A stretch of DNA of 64,000 nt. Origin: Solirubrobacterales bacterium. GTDB taxonomy: Bacteria; Actinomycetota; Thermoleophilia; Solirubrobacterales; Solirubrobacteraceae. A program made the position numbers and the translations under genes. A model generated the notes under the pieces. It had not been told where the DNA came from and ran no database searches. It was given only the letters and a program-made list of their open reading frames with translations. The stretch lies in NCBI GenBank assembly GCA_038254735.1, contig JBBSFX010000009.1, positions 12,831-76,830 on the forward strand, in the 5' to 3' direction. This document shows positions 56,375 through 64,000 of the stretch, piece by piece; within the stretch, counting starts at the first letter, position 1, and each line of letters starts with the position of its first letter.

Positions 56375-57955
56375 GTGAGCTGGCGCACCACCCGCGCGAC
56401 GGACCACGATCAGCGCTCTCACCCGCAGGTCGCGGTCATCGACCTCGGATCCAACTCGTGGCGGCTGGTCGTCTTCACCTACGCCGGCGGCGCGCGCCCG
56501 CGGTGGTGGAAGCGCACCGACGAGCTCTACGAGACGGTCCGGATCGGCGCGGGGCTGGGCGCCACCGGCGCGCTCGGCGAGGCGGCGATGGCCCGCGGGT
56601 TGGAGACGCTGGTGGTGTTCGAGCGCTTCTGCCGCGCCGGCGGCCTGGACCGCTCCGACGTCCACGCGATCGCCACCAGCGCGATCCGCGATGCGACGAA
56701 CCGCGACGAGTTCCTGGCCCGCGCCCGCGACGCCACCGGGCTGGCGATCGAGGTGCTCTCGGCCGAGGACGAGGCGCGCTACGGCTACGTCGCGGCGGTC
56801 AACACGACGACGCTGAGCGAAGGGGTCGTCGTCGAGCTGGGCGGCGGCAGCATGCAGCTGATCGAGGTGCGCGACCGCCGGTCCGGCCAGCTCGGCTCGT
56901 TCCCGCTCGGGGCGGTGCGGCTGACGGAGCTGCTACTCCCCGGCGAGGGGCCGGCGCGGCGCAAGGACCTCGCCCGCGTGCGCGACCACGTCCGGGCGGA
57001 GCTGGCCGGGCTCGGTTGGCTCCGGGCCGGCTCCGCGGAGCGACGGCTGGTCGGCGTCGGCGGCGCCGTGCGCAACCTCGCCGGGGCCGCCCAGCGGGCC
57101 GCCGGCTCGCTCGACGTCGGCGTGCAGGGGTTCGTGATCACCCCTCAGGTGCTAGACGGGCTGATCTCCGAGCTGGCAGCGCTGCCGGTGTCCGAGCGAG
57201 GCGCCGTGCCGGGGATCAAGCCCGGCCGCGGCGACATCATCCTGGCCGCCGCGCTGACCCTCCAGACGGTGCTCGAGCTGGGTGGCTTCACCGGCCTCGA
57301 GGTGACCGAGGCGGGGCTGCGCGACGGCGTGTTCCTGGCCCGCACGCTGCTGGCCGGCGGCGAGCCGCTGTTCGCCGACGTCCGCGAGGCCGCGGTCCGC
57401 AACCTGGCAATCCAGTACGAGGCCGACCTCGCCCACGTCGAGCACGTCTCACGCCTGGCCCTGCAGATGCACGATTCGCTGCGCGACGCCGGTGTGCTGG
57501 CGCCCGAGCCCGGCGAGCGCGAGCTGCTGTGGGCGGCGGCGATGCTCCACGACGTCGGGATGACGATCTCCTACGACGACCACCACAAACACTCGCGCTA
57601 CCTGATCGCCTCGGCCGAGCTGCCCGGCTTCACTCCGCGCGAGCGGGCCCTGATCGCCCAGATCAGCCGCTACCACCGCAAGGGCGCGGCCAAGCTCGGC
57701 GAGATGGCCGGGCTGGCTCGGCCCGGCGACGAGGCGCTGCTCGACCGCTGCGCGGTGATCCTGCGGCTCGCCGAGCACCTCGAGCGCGGCCGCGACCAGT
57801 CGGTCCGCGAGGCCCGGCTGGGCGCCGGCGGCGACGGCGTCGACCTCCACCTCGAGGCGGCCGGCGACCTGACGCTCCCCCGCTGGAGCGTCGAGCGCTA
57901 CGGCGACGGCGAGGCGTTCGAGCGCGTGTTCGGCCGCCGGCTGCTGATCGGCTGA
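56375..57955 (+). CDS. ppx: Ppx/GppA exopolyphosphatase with HD domain
   Basis: IDLGSNS, ATSAIRDA, EARYG, ELGGGS, GLRDG, LHDVG, RYHRK. Confidence 0.93.
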   Translation: MSWRTTRATDHDQRSHPQVAVIDLGSNSWRLVVFTYAGGARPRWWKRTDELYETVRIGAGLGATGALGEAAMARGLETLVVFERFCRAGGLDRSDVHAIATSAIRDATNRDEFLARARDATGLAIEVLSAEDEARYGYVAAVNTTTLSEGVVVELGGGSMQLIEVRDRRSGQLGSFPLGAVRLTELLLPGEGPARRKDLARVRDHVRAELAGLGWLRAGSAERRLVGVGGAVRNLAGAAQRAAGSLDVGVQGFVITPQVLDGLISELAALPVSERGAVPGIKPGRGDIILAAALTLQTVLELGGFTGLEVTEAGLRDGVFLARTLLAGGEPLFADVREAAVRNLAIQYEADLAHVEHVSRLALQMHDSLRDAGVLAPEPGERELLWAAAMLHDVGMTISYDDHHKHSRYLIASAELPGFTPRERALIAQISRYHRKGAAKLGEMAGLARPGDEALLDRCAVILRLAEHLERGRDQSVREARLGAGGDGVDLHLEAAGDLTLPRWSVERYGDGEAFERVFGRRLLIG

Positions 57956-58013
57956 GCACGGTCTTGCCAACCGTTCACACTCCGGGGCGGGGGCGGGGCC
58001 GTAGAGTTAGACG

Positions 58014-58505
58014 ATGCTCTGGCTCCTGCGACACGCCGACGCCGCCGCGGGCAGCCCCGACGACGAGCGCCCGCTGACCGCCCAGGGCGTCGAGCAGGCC
58101 ACCGCCGCCGGTCGGGCGCTGGCCCGGCTCGGGGTGAGGCTCGAGCTGTGCCTGAGCAGCCCCAGGCTGCGGGCGATGCAGACCGCCGAGCTGGCGTGCG
58201 CGCCGCTCGGCACGGCGCCGATCCCCGAGCCCGCGCTGGGCGGCCAGCCGTTCGACGCCACGGCGCTCACGGCCGGGCTCGAGGACGTCCTGCTGGTCGG
58301 TCACGATCCGTCCTTCACGCTGACCGTCCACGATCTCACCGGCGCCCAGGCGCGGATGCGCAAGGGGGGACTGGCGGCGATCAAGAAGGGTGAGCTGATC
58401 GTGCTGCTGCGACCGGCCGAGGTCGCCGCGATCGGCGCCTCCCGCGAGGACGCGACCACCGACCGCGAGCACGCGGCGGATGAGCTGAAGGCGCCCGTGC
58501 GGTGA
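58014..58505 (+). CDS. sixA: SixA phosphohistidine phosphatase
   Basis: LLRHA, RPLT, SSPRLRAMQTA, LVGHDP. Confidence 0.9.
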   Translation: MLWLLRHADAAAGSPDDERPLTAQGVEQATAAGRALARLGVRLELCLSSPRLRAMQTAELACAPLGTAPIPEPALGGQPFDATALTAGLEDVLLVGHDPSFTLTVHDLTGAQARMRKGGLAAIKKGELIVLLRPAEVAAIGASREDATTDREHAADELKAPVR

Positions 58506-60616
58506 GCGACGGCGTCGCCACGCGGGCGGACTCCGAGGCGCCGCCGGCGCTGGGCGACTCCTCCCTGTACATCAACCGCGAGCTGTCCTGGCTCGAATTC
58601 AATGACCGCGTCCTGCAGCTCGCCGAGGACGAGTCGCTGCCGCTGATCGAGCGACTCAAGTTCCTGGCCATCTTCGTCACCAACCTCGACGAGTTCTTCA
58701 TGGTCCGCGTCGCCGGGGTCCACGACCAGGTCGACGCCCGGATCGATGCCCGCGGTCCGGACGGCCTGCTCCCCTACGAGGTGCTCGACGAGATCGCCGA
58801 GCGCGTCCGCTGCCTCGACACCCGCCACGCGCGCCAGTTCACCGAGGTGATCCGCCCCGAGCTGGCCGAGCACGGGATCCGGATCGTCACCTGCGAGGAG
58901 TCCGGAGCGCCCGCGGAGTCGATCGAACGGCACTTCCGCGAGCAGATCTTCCCCGTGCTGACTCCGCTGGCGATCGGCCCGGGCCGTCCGTTCCCGTATA
59001 TCTCGAACCTCTCGCTGAGCGTGATCGTCCGCCTCCGCGACCCCGACCTCGAACACGACGCCTACGCGCGGGTGAAGGTGCCGAAGGAGGTCCTGCCGCG
59101 CTTCGTCGAGGTCGCCAAGCACACCTTCATCCCGCTCGAGAACGTGATCGCCCGCCACCTCGGCACGCTGTTCCCGGGCCTGGAGATCGTCAGCCACGAC
59201 CTCTTCCGGGTCACCCGCGACGCCGACTTCGAGGTCTCCGACGAGGCCGACGACCTGCTCCAGGCGGTCGAGGACGAGCTGCGCCGCCGGCGCTTCGGCG
59301 AGGTCGTGCGGCTCGAGGTCGGGGCCGGCATGGACCCGACGCTGCGCACCCGGCTGATCGACTGGCTGGACGTCGACGAGCAGCAGGTCTACGACGTCGA
59401 CGGGCTGCTCGACCTCGGCGACCTGTGGCAGATCGCCGGCGTCGAGGCCGCTCCGGAGCTGCGCCAGACGCCGTGGACCCCGATCACCCATCCGGCGTTC
59501 GTGCCGAGCCCCGGCGCCGAGGACGCGCAGCCCGACGTGTTCGCCCCGATGCGAGCCGGCGACGTGCTCGTCCACTATCCATACCACTCGTTCGCCACCA
59601 GCGTCGAGCGATTCGTCGAACAGGCCGTCAACGACCCCAACGTGCTGGCGATCAAGATGACGGTGTACCGGACCTCGGACGACTCGACGCTCGTCCCCCG
59701 GCTGATCGACGCGGCCGAGAAGGGCAAGCAGGCGGTCTGCATGGTCGAGCTCAAGGCGCGCTTTGACGAGCGCCAGAACATCCGCTGGTCACGCGCGCTG
59801 GAGGAGGTCGGCGCCCACGTCGTCCACGGCATCCCCGGGCTCAAGACCCATGCCAAGGCGATCCTCGTGGTCCGCCGCGAGCGCTCCGGAATCCGCCACT
59901 ACGTGATGATCGGCACCGGCAACTTCCACGCCAAGAACGCCCGGCTGTACGAGGACTATGGGCTGTTCACGACCGACCGCGAGCTCGGCGAGGAGGTGGC
60001 CAACCTGTTCAACTCGCTTACCGGGTACGGGCACCCGGCCCGCGAGCAGCAGGTCCTGGTCGCGCCGCACTGGATGCGCGAGCCGTTGATCGAGGAGATC
60101 GACCGCACGATCGAGGCCCACCAGCAGGGACTCGACGCGCGGATCAGCATGAAGATGAACTCGCTGGTCGACCAGCGCTGCATCGAGGCGCTATACCGGG
60201 CCTCGCAGGCCGGCGTTCCCGTCGACCTCAATGTCCGCGGGATCTGCTGCCTGAGGCCCGGCGTACCCGGCGTCAGCGAGACGATCGGCGTCATCTCGGT
60301 GGTCGGCCGGTTCCTCGAGCACACGCGGATCTACTCCTTCCAGCGCGGTCCCGCGCGCAGCTACTACATCGGCTCGGCCGACCTGATGCCGCGCAACCTC
60401 GACACGCGGGTCGAGCTGCTCACCCCGGTCGACCCGCCGGAGCTCCGTGCCGACCTGCAGGACACGCTTGAGCGCTGCTTCGCCGATGACACCAACGCCT
60501 GGACGCTCGCCGCCGACGGCACCTGGGAGCGCCGCCAGGGACAGACGCGCTCCGTCCACCGGGAGCTGATGGAGCGCACGCTGGCCGCGGCCTCGACCGG
60601 TCCCGCGCCGAGCTAG
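58502..60616 (+). CDS. ppk1: polyphosphate kinase 1
   Basis: NRELSWLEFN, NLDEFFMVR, HYPYHSF, ELKARFDE, KTHAK, GRFLEHTR, DLMPRNLD. Confidence 0.96.
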   Translation: MSDGVATRADSEAPPALGDSSLYINRELSWLEFNDRVLQLAEDESLPLIERLKFLAIFVTNLDEFFMVRVAGVHDQVDARIDARGPDGLLPYEVLDEIAERVRCLDTRHARQFTEVIRPELAEHGIRIVTCEESGAPAESIERHFREQIFPVLTPLAIGPGRPFPYISNLSLSVIVRLRDPDLEHDAYARVKVPKEVLPRFVEVAKHTFIPLENVIARHLGTLFPGLEIVSHDLFRVTRDADFEVSDEADDLLQAVEDELRRRRFGEVVRLEVGAGMDPTLRTRLIDWLDVDEQQVYDVDGLLDLGDLWQIAGVEAAPELRQTPWTPITHPAFVPSPGAEDAQPDVFAPMRAGDVLVHYPYHSFATSVERFVEQAVNDPNVLAIKMTVYRTSDDSTLVPRLIDAAEKGKQAVCMVELKARFDERQNIRWSRALEEVGAHVVHGIPGLKTHAKAILVVRRERSGIRHYVMIGTGNFHAKNARLYEDYGLFTTDRELGEEVANLFNSLTGYGHPAREQQVLVAPHWMREPLIEEIDRTIEAHQQGLDARISMKMNSLVDQRCIEALYRASQAGVPVDLNVRGICCLRPGVPGVSETIGVISVVGRFLEHTRIYSFQRGPARSYYIGSADLMPRNLDTRVELLTPVDPPELRADLQDTLERCFADDTNAWTLAADGTWERRQGQTRSVHRELMERTLAAASTGPAPS

Positions 60617-60632
60617 CGGCGGGCTCGTCTCG

Positions 60633-61775
60633 GTGCGCAGCGACGTCCTGCTGGTGATCGTCGTCGTCGCCGCGCTCGCGTTCGACTTCACCAACGGCTT
60701 TCACGACACCGCCAACGTCATCGCCACCGTGATCTCGACGCGCGCCCTGCGTCCGCGCACCGCGGTGCTGCTCGCCGCGGTGCTCAACTTCGCCGGTGCG
60801 CTGATCTCGCTGAAGGTTGCCGCCACCGTCGGCACGGGGATCATCCAGGCCGGCCAGGTGACGCTGACGATCGCCTTCGCAGGGCTGATCGGGGCGATCG
60901 CCTGGAACCTGCTCACCTGGTTCTACGGGCTCCCCTCGAGCTCGTCGCACGCGCTCATCGGCGGGTTGATCGGCGCCCTGCTGGCCGCCGGGGATGGCGG
61001 CGGGATCAAGTGGCACGGCGTCCTGACCAAGGTCGTGGTGCCCGCGCTGGTGGCGCCGGCGGTCGCGCTGGTGCTCGCCGCAGTGCTGATCGTGGTGCTC
61101 TACCGGCTGTTCGGACGCCGCCGCCCCGGCCCGACCGCGAAGGGGTTCCGGCTCGCCCAGATCGTCTCGAGCTCGGCCCTGTCGATCGCCCACGGCACCA
61201 ATGACGCCCAGAAGACGATGGGCGTGATCGGCGTCGCGCTGATCGCCCACGGGGACTTCGACGCCCAGCACTTCCACGTGCCGACGTGGGTGGTGCTCGC
61301 CGCCGCCAGCGCGATCGCGCTCGGCACCTACGCCGGCGGCTGGCGGATCGTCCGCACCGTCGGCACGCGCATCATCCGCATGGACAGCGCCCAGGGCGCC
61401 TCCGCCCAGGGCGCGGGGGCCGCGGTGATCCTCGTCTCCTCGCACCTCGGCTATCCCCTGTCCTCGACCCACGTGATCTCCGGCGGGGTCGTCGGCGCCG
61501 GGGTGGCCAAGCGCGTCTCGGCCGTCCGCTGGGGGGTCGCCGGGGACATCGTGATGGCGTGGCTGCTGACGCTGCCGCTGGCCGCCGCGCTCGGGGCGCT
61601 GATCTGGTGGCTGGCCGACGTGTTCGGCCGCGGCGCCCTCGGGCCGCTGCTGATCAGCGCGATCGTCGTCTCGGCGGTGACCCGCGGGCTGGTCGTCCGC
61701 CAGGGCGCGCTGACCCGCCGGAGCGGCCCCGAGCCGGAGACGCCGCCCCGCTCCGGGACGGCGTCTCCGGCGTAG
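60633..61775 (+). CDS. Pit family inorganic phosphate transporter
   Basis: NGFHDTAN, PSSSSH, HGTNDAQK, PLSSTH. Confidence 0.93.
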   Translation: MRSDVLLVIVVVAALAFDFTNGFHDTANVIATVISTRALRPRTAVLLAAVLNFAGALISLKVAATVGTGIIQAGQVTLTIAFAGLIGAIAWNLLTWFYGLPSSSSHALIGGLIGALLAAGDGGGIKWHGVLTKVVVPALVAPAVALVLAAVLIVVLYRLFGRRRPGPTAKGFRLAQIVSSSALSIAHGTNDAQKTMGVIGVALIAHGDFDAQHFHVPTWVVLAAASAIALGTYAGGWRIVRTVGTRIIRMDSAQGASAQGAGAAVILVSSHLGYPLSSTHVISGGVVGAGVAKRVSAVRWGVAGDIVMAWLLTLPLAAALGALIWWLADVFGRGALGPLLISAIVVSAVTRGLVVRQGALTRRSGPEPETPPRSGTASPA

Positions 61776-61788
61776 CCGGGCGGCCCGG

Positions 61789-62919
61789 TCAGCCGCCGGT
61801 TGGCGAGGTGGCCGGCCGCGTGCCCAGCCTCAGCTTCACGTGCTGGGTCTGGCCGCCCCGCTTGATCGTCAGCGTGATCGTCTGGCCGGGGGCAAAGTTG
61901 TCGACGGTGGCGATGAACGCCTCGGTCGAGGCGACCGGGTTGCCGTTGATCTGGGTGATCACGTCCTTCGGCTGCAGGCCGGCCTGCTCGGCCGGGGAGC
62001 CGATCCTGATCGTCGTCACCTGGGCGCCGCCGGGCGAGTTGCCGTTCAGCTCGACGCCCACGAACGGGTGCTTGACGGGGTGCCCGGCGATGATCGCGCC
62101 GGCGATCCGGGCCGCCGTGTTCGACGGAACCGCGAAGCCGACGCCCGAGCTCGAGCCCTGACCGCTGACCGTCGTGTTGTTGGTCTCGATCTGGTCGCTC
62201 AGCCCGAGCACGCGGCCCTGGGCGTCGAGCAGCGGTCCGCCCGAGTTGCCGGGGTTGATCGCCGCGTCGGTCTGGATCGCGCCCGTGATCGTGTAGTTGT
62301 TCGGCGCGGTGATGCTCCGGGCGACGGCGCTGACGATCCCCTGGGTGGTCGTCTCGGGCAGGCTGAACGGGCTCCCGATCGCCACCACCGGGTCGCCGAC
62401 CTGAGCCCGCGAGGAGTCGGCGAACGAGATCGGGTGGAGCTCCGAGGCGGGCACGTTGACGTGGATCACCGCGACGTCGGTCGAGGGGTCGGTGCCGACG
62501 ACGGTGGCCTTGGCGGTCTGGCCGTCCTGGAAGTGGACGCTGACGCCGCCCGGCTGCGCGCCGGCGACCACGTGCTCGTCGGTGAGGATGTTGCCGCTGT
62601 GGTCGTAGACGACGCCCGCGCCCTCGCCCTCCCGGGCCTGCTGGGCGCCGCCCCCGCCGCCGAACAGGGTCGGGCCGGCGGAGCTGGTACTGATCACCGT
62701 GATGTCGACCACTCCGGGGCTGTCCTGGCGGTAGATCTGGTTGATCGACAGCCCCTTGCCAGTGCTGCTGAAGGAGGTCGGGAGCGCCGCGGCGCCCGGC
62801 GTCGACTGCACGATCGTGGTCGTGCGCTGGTTACCCGAGCCGCCGGCCAGCGCGAGCGCGATCAGGCCGCCGATCACCGCGCTGATGACGACGGGTAGAA
62901 GGGCCTTGTAGCGAGTCAT
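61789..62919 (-). CDS. HtrA/DegP-like serine protease with PDZ domain
   Basis: TDEHVV, DVAV, QTDAAINPGNSGGPL, C-terminal PDZ. Confidence 0.93.
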   Translation of the reverse strand: MTRYKALLPVVISAVIGGLIALALAGGSGNQRTTTIVQSTPGAAALPTSFSSTGKGLSINQIYRQDSPGVVDITVISTSSAGPTLFGGGGGAQQAREGEGAGVVYDHSGNILTDEHVVAGAQPGGVSVHFQDGQTAKATVVGTDPSTDVAVIHVNVPASELHPISFADSSRAQVGDPVVAIGSPFSLPETTTQGIVSAVARSITAPNNYTITGAIQTDAAINPGNSGGPLLDAQGRVLGLSDQIETNNTTVSGQGSSSGVGFAVPSNTAARIAGAIIAGHPVKHPFVGVELNGNSPGGAQVTTIRIGSPAEQAGLQPKDVITQINGNPVASTEAFIATVDNFAPGQTITLTIKRGGQTQHVKLRLGTRPATSPTGG

Positions 62920-63159
62920 GACTTCGTTATCTCCTGACCAGACTGGGCAATTCAGTATCCGGCACTTCACCAGGGGCGCGTGAGAAACCATTCAGCAGCC
63001 GGGAAGAAGCCCGTAAGAACGCCTACCCGGTCTCGGCGCCGGGCACCCGCGGCATGGGCCCGGATCGCCGTAGGGGCGGCGGCGGCCCGGAGCGGCTCCG
63101 GCTGCTCCGGCCGGGCCGGGCGACGTGTGCGCCCTTCGCGCGACGGTCGGCGGGTCGGC

Positions 63160-64000
63160 TCAACGCCCGGCCGCCATCGCCACGAACGGATCCAGCGCCC
63201 GTGGGTTGGCCAGCGACTCGCGGCTCGCCGCCTGCTCGACCGGGGTGCCGGTGAGGATCCGCTTGACCGGCACCTCGAGCACCTTGCCCGATAGCGTGCG
63301 CGGCACCTCGGCGATCTGGCGGATCTCGTCGGGCACGTGCCGGGGCGAGCAGTCGGAGCGGATCCGCGCGCGGATCGCCGCCCGGAGCTCGTCGCTCAGC
63401 GAGGCGTCCTCGCGCAGCACCACGAACAGCGGCATCCACCCGTCGGTGTGCTCGCGCGGGAGATCGACGACAAGCGCGTCGAGAACCTCCGGCTGGGCCA
63501 GCACGGCGCGGTAGATCTCGCTCGTCCCCATCCGCACGCCGCCGCGGTTGATCGTCGAGTCCGAGCGCCCGTAGATGATCGCGGTGCCGCGCGCGGTGAT
63601 CTCGATCCAGTCGCCGTGGCGCCAGATCCCCGGGTACATCGAAAAGTAGCTGTCGTGGTAGCGCTCACCGGCCGCGTCGCCCCAGAAGTAGATCGGCATC
63701 GACGGCATCGGCTCGGTGATCACCAGCTCGCCGACGCGGTCGAGGTGCGGGTGGCCGTCCTCGTCCCACGACTCCACGCTCGCCCCGAGGCAGCGTGCCT
63801 GCAGCTCGCCGAGGTACACCGGCAGCGTCGCCACGCCGCCGACGAACGCCGTGCACATGTCGGTCCCGCCCGAGGTCGAGAACAGCCAGACGTCGTCGCC
63901 GAGCTGCTCGTAGACCCAGCGGAAGCCCTCGGGCGCGAGCGGGGAGCCGGTCGACCCGAGCGCCCGCAGCGCGCCCAGCTCGCGCCCCTCCCGCGGGGCG
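63160..64000 (-). CDS. acetoacetate-CoA ligase, 5' part outside window
   Basis: SGGTDMCTAF, PMPSMP, WRHGDW, GRSDSTINRGGVRMG, SGKVLEVPVK. Confidence 0.9.
   Translation of the reverse strand, partial: APREGRELGALRALGSTGSPLAPEGFRWVYEQLGDDVWLFSTSGGTDMCTAFVGGVATLPVYLGELQARCLGASVESWDEDGHPHLDRVGELVITEPMPSMPIYFWGDAAGERYHDSYFSMYPGIWRHGDWIEITARGTAIIYGRSDSTINRGGVRMGTSEIYRAVLAQPEVLDALVVDLPREHTDGWMPLFVVLREDASLSDELRAAIRARIRSDCSPRHVPDEIRQIAEVPRTLSGKVLEVPVKRILTGTPVEQAASRESLANPRALDPFVAMAAGR

Noticed and set aside
1-64000. tRNA, rRNA, tmRNA, integrase, IS or prophage
   Set aside because: No cloverleaf/T-loop motifs, transposase or phage proteins recognised in any intergenic region or ORF.

Overview
A 64 kb stretch of core chromosome from a very GC-rich actinobacterium. 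The gene repertoire suggests Thermoleophilia/Solirubrobacterales, which is my inference and was not confirmed by a search. I found about 65 CDSs and no rRNA, tRNA, CRISPR array, integrase or transposase. Main blocks: (1) pepA/meaB and a four-gene cluster resembling the mycobacterial methylglucose-lipopolysaccharide locus (Rv3030/Rv3031/Rv3034c/Rv3038c-like); (2) a translationally coupled parA-ftsZ pair, where FtsZ carries a ~165-aa N-terminal extension starting with a ParB-like peptide, divergent from an ArsA/Get3-like ATPase pair; (3) three unknown genes, one with a catalytically degenerate HEPN-like domain; (4) rpoD with a near-consensus promoter; (5) two c-di-AMP (ydaO) riboswitches upstream of cell-wall enzymes; (6) egtB-egtD; (7) csp, arfB, NYN, ftsH; (8) ligD (with palindromic and Gly-X-Y repeat insertions) and xth; (9) a two-component system plus a PAS/metallo-hydrolase pair; (10) a phosphate region with pstSCAB-phoU, PHO-box arrays, a frameshifted wHTH remnant, an orphan regulator, and ppx-sixA-ppk1-pit. 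Most notable: the ParA plus ParB-peptide-FtsZ module, and a dispersed family of variable-stem palindromes sharing a C-GCCA-G loop. Family assignments come from recognising motifs by eye, not from database searches.
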